Source of the DNA: an uncultured Nitratifractor sp.
Lineage (GTDB): Bacteria; Campylobacterota; Campylobacteria; Campylobacterales; Sulfurovaceae
Assembly: GCA_964517485.1 (NCBI GenBank)
Contig: CAZFCZ010000027.1
Coordinates: 1 to 63,031 of the forward strand
Length of the DNA: 63,031 nucleotides
Direction of reading: 5' to 3'
The notes below the pieces were generated by a model, which made no database searches, was not told the DNA's origin, and saw only the letters and a list, made by a program, of their open reading frames with translations. Position 1 is the first letter of the stretch. Every line of letters starts with the position of its first letter. The translations under genes and the position numbers were made by a program. Positions 38,168 through 47,324 of this stretch are shown one piece after another.

Positions 38168-39438
38168 TATTGCTCTTTAGCAACCATTGTTGTTGGTACT
38201 CTTAACTTTTGCATTCTGTCGTAGCCGTAAATATCGCCATAAAAATTAACCATACCATTTTCTACATAAGCAGTTAAATATACAATATGTACAGGAATCT
38301 TTTGCGCTAAACTAACATATTTAGTCTTTTTATTCTTTAAAATTTTACCAACTTCGTCAAACTTCTCTTTTGTATAAAATGTAGATAGATGTCCTAATAG
38401 TTTAAGAGGTTTCTCTAAACGAATACAGCCGTGGCTAAATGCTCTTTGTTGATAGTTAAATAGCTTTTTGTTATTAGTATCGTGCATATATACAGAGTAT
38501 CTGTTAGGGAACATAAACTTAACACGACCAAGAGCATTACGAGAGCCAGATTGCTCAATAATTTTATATGGTAACTCTTTGTTTTCCCACTCTGGCTTTA
38601 GGTACTCTTTCCAGTTAATTTTAGAAGGATCAACAGTAGGAGAATCTAAGCCGTAATCTTTTTTAACAACCATATTGTGTCTTTTTAGATAGCTTTTATC
38701 TTTAATAATTCTCTTAATCTCCTCTTTTCTAGCAATGTTATCTGGTACATTCCAAGTTGGGTGTACAGTTATGTACTTCATCATGCTACTAAATACTGGT
38801 GTTGGCCAAGATGGTCTACCTGTAATTACATTAAACTCTAAATTATTTACCCCGTTCTCTAGTAGTCTAAATTTATACTCAGGTATATTTACCATTGCAT
38901 ATGTATCCCAATTATCTGGTTTAAGTAGCTTAACTCTTTCGATGTTTAGCTTAATTTTGTACTTAGTTACTGGAGATACAGCATTGTTATAAGCATTAAT
39001 TAGTGGGTAAAACTGTGGCATTTGTGGAACATATGGCTCTAAAATAGACTCTATAGATGCACCACTATTTAGCTTAGCTAAAATATCGCTACTACTTACA
39101 TACTCTTCGTAAGTCTCGTAATGTGCATTAGAGTTTTTTGCACTAAGTGCAGATTTAAATTTATCTATTTCTATACAACCATTTGCTAGATTTTTTGTAT
39201 ATTTAACTAGCAAATTACTTAATACTTTATCGCTTTTTGTAGTTTTATACTGCTGTATCATTGGTTGTAAATCACAAACCGAAGAGTACTTATCTTCGTT
39301 TAAAATTTGTATAAAATCACTCTTTTGTACGCTACTCCAACCAGAGCTTGAGTTACCAGCTAGGCCTCCAGCTCCTCCACATCCTGCTATAAAAAAAGAT
39401 GCTACTACTGAGCTAAATACACCATATCTTAATTTCAT
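38167..39438 (-). CDS. YcbB/YkuD-type L,D-transpeptidase lipoprotein
   Basis: I prefer the ATG at 39438 (GAGGGG RBS), giving MKLRYGVFSSVVASFFIAGCGG (lipobox). Catalytic motif HDTN...SHGCIRL. Confidence 0.85.
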   Translation of the reverse strand: MKLRYGVFSSVVASFFIAGCGGAGGLAGNSSSGWSSVQKSDFIQILNEDKYSSVCDLQPMIQQYKTTKSDKVLSNLLVKYTKNLANGCIEIDKFKSALSAKNSNAHYETYEEYVSSSDILAKLNSGASIESILEPYVPQMPQFYPLINAYNNAVSPVTKYKIKLNIERVKLLKPDNWDTYAMVNIPEYKFRLLENGVNNLEFNVITGRPSWPTPVFSSMMKYITVHPTWNVPDNIARKEEIKRIIKDKSYLKRHNMVVKKDYGLDSPTVDPSKINWKEYLKPEWENKELPYKIIEQSGSRNALGRVKFMFPNRYSVYMHDTNNKKLFNYQQRAFSHGCIRLEKPLKLLGHLSTFYTKEKFDEVGKILKNKKTKYVSLAQKIPVHIVYLTAYVENGMVNFYGDIYGYDRMQKLRVPTTMVAKEQ

Positions 39439-39535
39439 CTTATTCCCCTCTGTATTTATTGTTTCTATTTTATTATAAATATGCTTTAATATTAATTTAA
39501 CCATTATTAAATTTTATTAATCTTGCCTTGTATTC

Positions 39536-40672
39536 TTATATATGCCTTGCACAACTTAGTGCCGAGCTAAATGCAAAATGAAAATTGTACCCACCAAGTG
39601 CACCAGTTACATCTAATACTTCGCCTAAAAAGTATAGTTCTTTTACTAATTTTGACTCAAATGTTGTGCTATCAATTTCGTCTGTACAAATGCCACCTTT
39701 TGTAACTTCGGCTTTGCTGTATCCAAATGTTCCTGCTGGAGCAAATTTGTACTCTTGTATCTGCTCTAGCTTTTGGTACTCTTGCTTTGTTAGAAGTGTT
39801 GCTTTTTTATCTTCTATATTAAATTTATCTAAAAAGCTTTTTGTAACTCTTTTAGGTAGTGGCAAGGTATTAGATATACTTTTTTTAGAGTTTTTAATAC
39901 TCTTTAAATCGAAATCTCGCAAAAAGTTAATCTCTATATTTCCTTTGCTCCAAAATACAGATGCATTTAAGATTACGGGCCCACTTATTCCTTTGTGTGC
40001 AAAAAGTAAAGAGCCATTTAGTACCTCTTTGCCTACTTTAATTTTTGCTTCTATGCTTACACCACTTAGCTCTTTAAAAAATGCCTCATTAGGCTGCAGG
40101 GTAAAGCCTACAAGTGCTGCATTTGTGGTATTAATTGTATGCCCAAAACCTTTTGCAATGTCGTATCCAATAGAGCTTGCTCCAATTTTACTAAAGCTTA
40201 AGCCACCACTTGCAACTACTACACTCTTAGCATATAGAGCGCCATTATTAGTTTCTATTTTAAAAATATTGTCTTTTTTTTCTACACTTAAAACATTTGT
40301 ATTTAGCTTTAATTCAACACCTTTTATATCTTTTAGTAAAATATCCAAAAGCTCTTTAGCACTATTTTTACAAAAGTATTCTTTATCGTTTTTTAAGCTA
40401 CTCTCTAAGCCTTTATATGTAAAGTAGTTGTATATCTTTTTGCTAGAGTACTCTTTTAATAGCCCCTTTATAAAGCTTTTATTAGCCAAGTAGTAGCTGC
40501 TATTTATAATTTTGTTTGTAAAGTTGCATCTACCACCACCAGATATTAAAATTTTAGCTCCAAGTTTAGAGTTTGCCTCTACAATCGCAATATTTTCTTT
40601 ATCTTCTAAATTAGCAGCAAACATTAGCCCAGATGCTCCACCACCAATAATTAATCTGTTATAAATGTGCAT
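39536..40672 (-). CDS. HI0933/BaiN-like NAD(P)/FAD-dependent oxidoreductase
   Basis: 378 aa. IIGGGASG dinucleotide motif, ISGGGRCNFTN, C-terminal GGYNFHFAFSS. Confidence 0.85.
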   Translation of the reverse strand: MHIYNRLIIGGGASGLMFAANLEDKENIAIVEANSKLGAKILISGGGRCNFTNKIINSSYYLANKSFIKGLLKEYSSKKIYNYFTYKGLESSLKNDKEYFCKNSAKELLDILLKDIKGVELKLNTNVLSVEKKDNIFKIETNNGALYAKSVVVASGGLSFSKIGASSIGYDIAKGFGHTINTTNAALVGFTLQPNEAFFKELSGVSIEAKIKVGKEVLNGSLLFAHKGISGPVILNASVFWSKGNIEINFLRDFDLKSIKNSKKSISNTLPLPKRVTKSFLDKFNIEDKKATLLTKQEYQKLEQIQEYKFAPAGTFGYSKAEVTKGGICTDEIDSTTFESKLVKELYFLGEVLDVTGALGGYNFHFAFSSALSCARHI

Positions 40673-41232
40673 TATAGCCTTTGCAGCTTTTTTAAGCCAA
40701 TTTTTACTAGCTCTTGTGTGCTACCACTCTCGTTTGCAAGTGCCTTTTTAATGGCATCTTTTTTAAATCCAAGCGACTCTAGCGCCATAGTTGCCTCTAG
40801 TACTGCGCCATTGCTACTAGAGCTATCTTCGTCGCCTTTTACAATAAAGTCTGCTAACTCAACTAAAATTCTGCTAGCAGCTTTTGGCCCAATACCTGGA
40901 ACTCTCTTTAGCATTGCAACATCTTTAGCCGAAACAATCTTAGCAAAAGTCTCTGGTGTAAATGTAGAGCAAACAGCAAGTGCAACTTTAGGCCCAACAC
41001 CATTTATTTTAAGTAGGGTATCAAACATTCGTTTTTCGTTTTCATTGTAAAAACCAAATAGAGTATTTGTATCTTCTCTAATAATTTGTGTAGTATATAG
41101 CCTAGCACTTTTGCTATTAATTGCCGAAGATGTATTTATAGATACATGCACTTCGTGAGTTAAGCCATAAACTAAAATATGTAAAAGTGTTGGCTCTTGA
41201 TATACAATTTCGCCTTCTATTGCTACAATCAT
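40672..41232 (-). CDS. ruvA: Holliday junction DNA helicase subunit RuvA
   Basis: 186 aa. OB-fold N-terminus, two HhH motifs ([23 protein letters not shown]) and domain III. Confidence 0.9.
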   Translation of the reverse strand: MIVAIEGEIVYQEPTLLHILVYGLTHEVHVSINTSSAINSKSARLYTTQIIREDTNTLFGFYNENEKRMFDTLLKINGVGPKVALAVCSTFTPETFAKIVSAKDVAMLKRVPGIGPKAASRILVELADFIVKGDEDSSSSNGAVLEATMALESLGFKKDAIKKALANESGSTQELVKIGLKKLQRL

Positions 41233-41310
41233 TTAAAACCTTTAATTTTTAGCATATTATAGTTATAATTCATTTAAAAAGAGGGAATAAATGCAAAAAG
41301 CGAGTATTAA

Positions 41311-42717
41311 GTGCGTATAAAATCTATATTCTCAAATAGTGGAGGAATACTATTTTCAAGAATTTTTGGCTTCTTAAGAGATACAATTATGGCATCAGTT
41401 TTAGGTGCAAATTTATATAGCGATATCTTTGCAGTTGCATTTAAATTGCCAAATCTATTTCGTCGTATATTTGCCGAAGGTGCCTTTACACAGAGCTTTA
41501 TGCCATCATTTATTGCAGCAAAATATAAAACTATATTTAGTGTTAAAATAGTACTATCGCTTTTGGGTTTTATTTTGCTTTTAGCGCTATTTGTAAATAT
41601 TTTCTCTTACCAAATTAGCAAAATTTTAGCACCTGGGTTTGAAGCTAGTAGTTTAATTGTTACATCAAAGTATGTAGCCTTGCAGTTTTGGTATTTGCCA
41701 TTAATTTTTTTAGTAACTTTTTTAGGTGCTTTACTGCAATATAAAGAACACTTTGCCACAACTGCTTTTGCAACTACTTTGTTAAATATTGCACTAATTG
41801 TTGCAATGTTATTATATAAAAATGCATCTAAAGAAGAGATACTACTAGCAATGAGCTGGGGTGTTATAGCTGGTGGAATACTACAAGTTATCGCACACCT
41901 TATAGTTGCAAAAAAGTTTAATTTACTAAAATTATTTAGGTATGGCTTTAGTAATATAAAAAACAAAACTATAAAAGTAAAAGAGGATACAAACAGATTT
42001 TTTAAAAACTTTTTTCCTGCTATTTGGGGTAACTCTACACTTCAGATAATGTCTTTTTTAGATACATGGTTAGCATCGTTTTTAACTGTTGGCTCTATTA
42101 GCTATTTATATTATGGAAACAGAATTTTTCAGCTACCACTTGCACTATTTGCTATTGCTGTATCTACCGCAATTTTTCCTTCTGTAACTAAAAAAATTAA
42201 AGAAAACAATCAAATAAGCGCACTATTAGAGTTTAAAAAGGCATTTTATATACTGTTATACCTTCTTACAGCTGCTACAGTTGGCGGAATTATATACTCT
42301 AACGAAATTATATGGCTACTTTTCGAGCGTGGTGCATTTACTAGAGATAACACTTTAAATACAGCATCTGTATTGGTTATGTATATGATAGGATTAATAC
42401 CATATGGCTTAAATAAACTATTTTCGCTGTGGCTATATGCAAATCACAAACAAAAAACAGCTGCAAAAATTGCTACTATATCTTTAGTAACTTATTTAGT
42501 TGTAGCTCTATCTTTAATTAAACCTTTTGGGGTAGAGGGCTTAGCATTAGCTGGCTCAATTATTGGTTTTTTAAATCTATTTTTAACTCTAAAGTACTTT
42601 GGTGCAGATAATTTACTATACATTTTAGATAAAGCAAAAATATTTAAATTTACCATTATATTAACTATCTTTATGTTACTTTTAGCATCTATTCGCATAT
42701 ATTGGCTACATATATAA
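41311..42717 (+). CDS. murJ: lipid II flippase MurJ
   Basis: 468 aa with a GTG start. N-terminal SRIFGFLRD motif and about 14 TM helices. Confidence 0.9.
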   Translation: MRIKSIFSNSGGILFSRIFGFLRDTIMASVLGANLYSDIFAVAFKLPNLFRRIFAEGAFTQSFMPSFIAAKYKTIFSVKIVLSLLGFILLLALFVNIFSYQISKILAPGFEASSLIVTSKYVALQFWYLPLIFLVTFLGALLQYKEHFATTAFATTLLNIALIVAMLLYKNASKEEILLAMSWGVIAGGILQVIAHLIVAKKFNLLKLFRYGFSNIKNKTIKVKEDTNRFFKNFFPAIWGNSTLQIMSFLDTWLASFLTVGSISYLYYGNRIFQLPLALFAIAVSTAIFPSVTKKIKENNQISALLEFKKAFYILLYLLTAATVGGIIYSNEIIWLLFERGAFTRDNTLNTASVLVMYMIGLIPYGLNKLFSLWLYANHKQKTAAKIATISLVTYLVVALSLIKPFGVEGLALAGSIIGFLNLFLTLKYFGADNLLYILDKAKIFKFTIILTIFMLLLASIRIYWLHI

Positions 42718-42795
42718 TTGGCATAACTATTTACATTAATTAAAATTTAAGATATAATTAAGATGTGTTAAAAATTAATTTATAAAGGATATGCC

Positions 42796-43314
42796 ATGAA
42801 CACAAGTATTGTAGGAAAAAGCATAGAGCTTACAGAGCCTATAAAAAATTACGCAGAGTCAGCTTTTGAAGCAATAAAGAAATATAATCTAGACATTATA
42901 TCTGCAAATATAGTACTCTCAGAGAGTAAAAAAGGGCACTTTAGCGTTGAATTTGTAATTAATGTAAAAGATAAGCATACAGTTGTTATAACTCAAAAAG
43001 ATAAAGATCTATATGCAGCTATAGATTTAGCTTCAGATAGAGCAAAGAAAAACTTAAGAAGATATGCCGATAAAATTAAAGACCATAGTAATGGTGGTAT
43101 TAAAGAGCTAGATAATGGCGAGCCAGAGCCAGTAGCAGAGCAAGACGAAGAAGATATTTTATCTTTAGAGCCAAAGCTATATAAGCCTTTAGATTTCGAA
43201 GAGGCTAAAATGATGCTAGATGAGTCAGATGATAACTTCTTTGTATTTTACGATATAGACTCTAATATGCGTGTACTAACCAAGTTAAACAACGGAAAGT
43301 ACGGACTATATTAA
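42796..43314 (+). CDS. hpf: ribosome hibernation promoting factor (long HPF)
   Basis: 172 aa. S30AE/YfiA N-domain, acidic linker and a C-terminal dimerisation domain (FFVFYDIDSNMRVLTK). Confidence 0.85.
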   Translation: MNTSIVGKSIELTEPIKNYAESAFEAIKKYNLDIISANIVLSESKKGHFSVEFVINVKDKHTVVITQKDKDLYAAIDLASDRAKKNLRRYADKIKDHSNGGIKELDNGEPEPVAEQDEEDILSLEPKLYKPLDFEEAKMMLDESDDNFFVFYDIDSNMRVLTKLNNGKYGLY

Positions 43315-43319
43315 AAATT

Positions 43320-43338
43320 AGAGGCTCTAGAAGCCTCT
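43320..43338. terminator. bidirectional hairpin between the convergent hpf and FTR-rhodanese genes
   Basis: AGAGGCT-ctaga-AGCCTCT fills the 28 nt convergent gap, with A/T-rich flanks on both sides. Confidence 0.5.
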
Positions 43339-43342
43339 TTAA

Positions 43343-44080
43343 TTAACCTTTAACTACTTCACCCATATAGCTAATAATTCCATAAGTAAAGTTACCAACA
43401 CTCATTCCTTCTCTTCTTAATATCTGTTGTACTTGATAACTGCGACTGCCAGTATGGCAATATAGTATTATATTTTCATCTTTTCTTTTTAGTAGTTTTG
43501 GTAGCCATTCATAAAATTTAGTAGTTGGTAGTAGCTCGTTTGTTCCTTTAATATTCCCCATTTTAAACTCCATAGGTTCTCTTACATCTATTAAAGAGAA
43601 CTCTAACATACCAATCTCTCTAGCCTCTAGCAAAGCTTCTATTTCGTCACCATCTAGTTGCTCTTTTTTTAGTAAAAGTACTGCTTCTTCTTGGCTTAAG
43701 CCTCTAGAGTGTGTATGTGCTTCTTCTTGTGCACTCTTTTGTATCTCTTTCTCTTTTGCGTACTCTGGCGTACAAAAAATTCCACAATGGCATACCCCAT
43801 TATCTGGTATCTCTGTCTCTAATGCAGGCTTGCAAGGGCATATTCTGTTATCTGCCTCTTTTCTTTCTTGCTTGGTTTCACCTTTAACAATAAAACATGG
43901 GCAGTATCGCTTACCATAGATTAATCTATTTCTGGCTAACCCCATTGCAACACCTTCATTTATCTCTTCATCTGGATTTTGTGTTAAACCAAATTGATTA
44001 TTAACTTTATCAATAAACTTCCATGTTTTTTCAATTTCTACCTGAAACTCATCTGAGTTTATATCTATATTATTATTCAT
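43343..44080 (-). CDS. fusion protein: ferredoxin-thioredoxin reductase catalytic-subunit-like domain + rhodanese domain
   Basis: 245 aa. CPC(60-62)-18 aa-CPC(81-83)-13 aa-CHC(97-99) as in FTR catalytic chains. The C-terminal rhodanese has active-site loop CHTGSRS (Cys208). Confidence 0.75.
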   Translation of the reverse strand: MNNNIDINSDEFQVEIEKTWKFIDKVNNQFGLTQNPDEEINEGVAMGLARNRLIYGKRYCPCFIVKGETKQERKEADNRICPCKPALETEIPDNGVCHCGIFCTPEYAKEKEIQKSAQEEAHTHSRGLSQEEAVLLLKKEQLDGDEIEALLEAREIGMLEFSLIDVREPMEFKMGNIKGTNELLPTTKFYEWLPKLLKRKDENIILYCHTGSRSYQVQQILRREGMSVGNFTYGIISYMGEVVKG

Positions 44081-44176
44081 TATTATATACCCTTATCAAA
44101 ACATATTATTAAATAATAGAATTTTATCAAAAATTACTTAATTATATACTCAAATATAAAGTTATTGTATTTATAA

Positions 44177-44197
44177 ACCTACCAAAAAAAGGTAGGT
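44177..44197 (-). terminator. candidate intrinsic terminator after the thioredoxin gene
   Basis: The minus strand reads ACCTACC-ttttttt-GGTAGGT followed by TTATAAAT, 17 nt after the stop. Confidence 0.55.
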
Positions 44198-44214
44198 ATA
44201 TGCAGTCTATGTAG

Positions 44215-44583
44215 TTACTTAGCAGATTGTTGTTTCTCTATCTCTTTCTTTACCTCGTTCATATCTAGTGCTTGTACCTGAGAGATAATATCTTTTAAAC
44301 CCTCTTCTGGCAGTAAACCTGCTTGCTGAAATAGAACAATATTTTCTCTAAGAACCATTACTGTAGGAATAGATTGTATCTGAAAGTGCCCAGCAAGTGC
44401 TTGTTGCTCTTGGGTATTTATTTTACCAAATAAGATATCTGGATACTCTTGAGATACCTTTTCGAAAATTGGAGTAAACTGTTTACATGGTCCACACCAT
44501 GGTGCCCAAAAATCTAGTATTGCAATGTCGTTTGCTTCTATACTTTGGTTAAAGTTCTCTTGTGTTAAGTTTTTTAATGCCAT
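44215..44583 (-). CDS. thioredoxin
   Basis: 122 aa. Canonical WAPWCGPCK active site and cis-Pro SIPT, with a short helical C-terminal extension. Confidence 0.9.
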   Translation of the reverse strand: MALKNLTQENFNQSIEANDIAILDFWAPWCGPCKQFTPIFEKVSQEYPDILFGKINTQEQQALAGHFQIQSIPTVMVLRENIVLFQQAGLLPEEGLKDIISQVQALDMNEVKKEIEKQQSAK

Positions 44584-44825
44584 ATATTAATCCTTTTTGC
44601 TTTTACGGTGTTAAATTTTATAGCTACCATTATGGCATATAGAGTTTAAAATATCTTTAAAATAAAAATTGTTTATTCTTTTGTAGGTAAATAAGCAAAT
44701 TGTTTTATTATAAAGGGATAATAATTATTTATATGGAGTATTTTACAACGGAGAAAAACTCCGTTTAAGTGTTAAACTTTTAATATATTAGTTTTTGGAC
44801 TAACCTAGTCCCTTAATTAAAAGCC

Positions 44826-45320
44826 TCAACCGCCAGAATAGCAGTTAGCTAAGCCACCAACAACACCTGTCGAGATCTCGTCGCTTGTAGCATCTCTTAA
44901 AGAGGCAATCTCTACATTAAACTTTAAATCTTTGCCAGCTAATGGGTGGTTATAGTCAATTGTTACCTCTTTATCGTTAAACGATTTAACTGTAACTTGC
45001 ATCTGTCCACCATCTGGAGACTGCCCATAAAGTGTTAAACCCTCTTTTAGCTCAATTCCTTCGAATTGCTCTCTTGGCACTTGCTGTAGTGCATCAGGGT
45101 CTACTTCGCCATATGCTTCTTTAGCTACTACTGTAAGTTCTGCAGAGTCGCCCTCTTGCATACCTACTAATTGCTTCTCTAAACCTGGGATTAACTGTCC
45201 CATACCAGTAATAAACTCTAGTGGAGAGCCACTTTTATTACTATCTATAATATCTGTCGAGTTAACTTCTGTTAAATCATAAATTAACCCAACAACACTA
45301 TATTGCTCTTTTATGCTCAT
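44826..45320 (-). CDS. slyD: FKBP-type peptidyl-prolyl isomerase SlyD (no long His-rich tail)
   Basis: 164 aa. FKBP core with an insert-in-flap region (DPDALQQVPREQFEG...). C-terminus is ...GGLANCYSGG. Confidence 0.82.
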   Translation of the reverse strand: MSIKEQYSVVGLIYDLTEVNSTDIIDSNKSGSPLEFITGMGQLIPGLEKQLVGMQEGDSAELTVVAKEAYGEVDPDALQQVPREQFEGIELKEGLTLYGQSPDGGQMQVTVKSFNDKEVTIDYNHPLAGKDLKFNVEIASLRDATSDEISTGVVGGLANCYSGG

Positions 45321-45410
45321 TTGTTTCCTTTCAAAAATGTAATGATATTTTATCGAAGTTAATTAGATATTTTCTTAAAAATTGCTAAATGTAAGTAATA
45401 AATAAAACTA

Positions 45411-45432
45411 TACTCCCAAGAGTTTGGGAGTA
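45411..45432 (-). terminator. intrinsic terminator after the sdh/frd operon
   Basis: TACTCCCAA-(4 nt loop)-TTGGGAGTA, followed on the minus strand by TAGTTTTATTTATT. It starts 8 nt after the stop of the CCG-domain subunit. Confidence 0.6.
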
Positions 45433-45440
45433 TATAAAAA

Positions 45441-46322
45441 TTAAGCTAGCTCGGTAGCTTTAGTAACATTGTACTTTAAGCCTATCTCTTCTTTGCTACA
45501 ACCAAGTGCTAGTGCAATCATTTGTGGTAAGTGTAAAACAGGAAGCTCTATATCGCGTCCTAACTGTTTACCAGCACTATCTTGCTTTAAGTCCATATTT
45601 AATTGACATAGTGGGCATGGTGTTACCATTAAGTCTGCATTGTTGTCTATTGCATCTAGTAGGGCAGTTCCGCTTAGTGCGTTACTTGTCTCTGGAGCTT
45701 GTAAGTCAACATGGAAACCACAACACTTGTTTTTACTTTCGTAATCTACGCTGTTACCCTCTAGCGCTGCAATTAAGTCATCTAAAGATGTAGGAACATA
45801 TGGGTTTTCTCCACCGTTAACTTCGTGGTGTAGCTCGCTAGGGCGAATGTTATGACAACCATAAAATGGTGCAATATTAAAGTGGCTTAGTGGTACTTCT
45901 ACTTTAGCCGCAATATTCTCTAGCCCATAGTCTTCTATAAGTGCATACTGAAAGTGTCTTACACGGCTAGTGCCTTTATACTCTAATCCAACCTCTGCAA
46001 GTTTTTCGTTAACTCTTGCTTTAAGCTCTGGGTCGCTATCTAGGCGCTCTTTTGTCATAGCCGAGTTTAGCTGGCAAGTATTACAAATTGTAATCATATC
46101 AAGACCAAGCTTCTCTGCATAGCAGATATTTCTAGCATTTAAAACCAAAGATAAAAAATCATCAAAATCTTGTAGATGGCTAGCACCACAGCAGCTAGCT
46201 TCGTCTAGTAGTATTAACTCAATACCTAGTTTCTTAGCAACTGCCATTGTAGAAGAAAGAAGCTCAGGTGTCGATTCTCTTGCTGTACATCCAGTGTAAA
46301 GTGCGTATTTCAAGTTACTCAT
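45441..46322 (-). CDS. type-E succinate dehydrogenase/fumarate reductase subunit with two CCG cysteine-rich domains (SdhE/MfrE, HdrB-like)
   Basis: 293 aa with no TM helix. CCG at residues 44-46 and 200-202, each followed by CxxC (CNTCQ, CPLCQ). Confidence 0.85.
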   Translation of the reverse strand: MSNLKYALYTGCTARESTPELLSSTMAVAKKLGIELILLDEASCCGASHLQDFDDFLSLVLNARNICYAEKLGLDMITICNTCQLNSAMTKERLDSDPELKARVNEKLAEVGLEYKGTSRVRHFQYALIEDYGLENIAAKVEVPLSHFNIAPFYGCHNIRPSELHHEVNGGENPYVPTSLDDLIAALEGNSVDYESKNKCCGFHVDLQAPETSNALSGTALLDAIDNNADLMVTPCPLCQLNMDLKQDSAGKQLGRDIELPVLHLPQMIALALGCSKEEIGLKYNVTKATELA

Positions 46323-46332
46323 ATTGCTTCCT

Positions 46333-47319
46333 TTATTTTAATTCGTTAGTTTGAGATATTTCGATAAGTTTTTGAATCTCATCTAAATTTTTACTTCTTG
46401 GCATCTTTTTCTTCATAACATCAAATGGGTGTACTTTACCAGCTTTTATCATTTTAAATGCTTCGCTTAAGTGCTTAACAACACCTAAACCTTCTGAGTA
46501 TAGTACAATATCTTGCTCGTCAAGGTAACCAAACTTCTTAATAGAGCGTATAAAGCCCTCTGCGTGCTTAGTTGCAACATTTCTTTTTGCTACACCTTGC
46601 TCAAATTGCATATTATGAAGTTTTGCAATCTTCTCTATTGGGTTAACATCTTTAGGGCAAGCCTCTGCACACTCGTAACACTTAACACAATCCCAAACAC
46701 CAGGTCCCATTTTAGAAGTAGCTTCTAGTCTCTCTTTTGCTGCTTCGTCTCTTGGGTCTGCACTAAATCTATAAGCTGCCGCAAATGCTGCTGGTCCAAA
46801 GTAGTCTTCGTTAACCTCTACAACTGGGCAAGCATAGTGGCAACTACCACACTGAATACAGTAGTCAGCATCTAGTAAGTTCTCTACTTGCTCTTGGCTC
46901 ATAGTGCTCTCAGACTCTGGATTAGGATCTACTTTAGTCTCTACATACGGCTTAATAGCTGCGTGTTTCTCCCAAAAGTCGCCTTTGTCAATTATCATAT
47001 CTTTTACGGCTCTTTTTTTGCTTTGTGGCTCAAATACAAGCTCTTCGCCAAATAGCTCTACAAGCTCCAATGCATTTTGCTTACAAGCTAGAGTTGCCTT
47101 GCCGTTTACCTTTATACCACAAGCACCGCAAATTCCGTGACGGCAGCTTCTTCTGTAGCTAAACGAACCATCGTGTTCCCACTTTAGTCTATTTAGAAGG
47201 TCTAAGATAAGCTCATCTTTTCCTACTTCCATAGTATATTTTTTGTAGTAAGGTAAGTAGTCTGTCTCTGCGTTAAATCTAAACGCTTTTATAGTAATTT
47301 CTCTTTTATCACTCATCAT
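46333..47319 (-). CDS. sdhB: succinate dehydrogenase/fumarate reductase iron-sulfur subunit
   Basis: 328 aa. 2Fe-2S CRHGICGACG, cluster motifs CIQCGSCHYACP and CVKCYECAEACP, plus a C-terminal extension of about 80 aa. Confidence 0.9.
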   Translation of the reverse strand: MMSDKREITIKAFRFNAETDYLPYYKKYTMEVGKDELILDLLNRLKWEHDGSFSYRRSCRHGICGACGIKVNGKATLACKQNALELVELFGEELVFEPQSKKRAVKDMIIDKGDFWEKHAAIKPYVETKVDPNPESESTMSQEQVENLLDADYCIQCGSCHYACPVVEVNEDYFGPAAFAAAYRFSADPRDEAAKERLEATSKMGPGVWDCVKCYECAEACPKDVNPIEKIAKLHNMQFEQGVAKRNVATKHAEGFIRSIKKFGYLDEQDIVLYSEGLGVVKHLSEAFKMIKAGKVHPFDVMKKKMPRSKNLDEIQKLIEISQTNELK

Positions 47320-47324
47320 AGCTC

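Noticed and set aside
39439-39504. N-terminal extensions suggested by the longest-ORF track for the L,D-transpeptidase here. The same issue arises for coaBC (10487-10522), rpiB (52550-52588), nagZ (4606-4623), queH (23481-23528), the pqiC-like gene (16850-16861), fabZ (24663-24668) and the motA-like gene (35637-35642).
   Set aside because: Internal ATGs have much better RBS spacing. They avoid overlap with upstream genes and give canonical N-termini (lipobox, signal peptide or conserved first motif).
39585-40427. 280 aa plus-strand ORF, unusually long for an AT-rich genome, lying entirely antisense to the HI0933-like flavoprotein gene.
   Set aside because: The translation is S/L/F/P-rich low-complexity sequence typical of the codon-phased shadow frame of a real gene. 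It has no RBS and no recognisable motif, whereas the minus-strand product has clear FAD-binding motifs.
44584-44825. The 242 nt spacer between slyD and the thioredoxin gene, with two small hairpins (ACGGAG-aaaaa-CTCCGT at about 44749-44765; GGACTA-acc-TAGTCC at about 44797-44811), as a possible sRNA or riboswitch.
   Set aside because: The hairpins are short and lack a proper downstream U-tract in the minus-strand direction. The rest is AT-rich without conserved-looking structure. It is more simply the slyD 3' end plus the thioredoxin promoter region.
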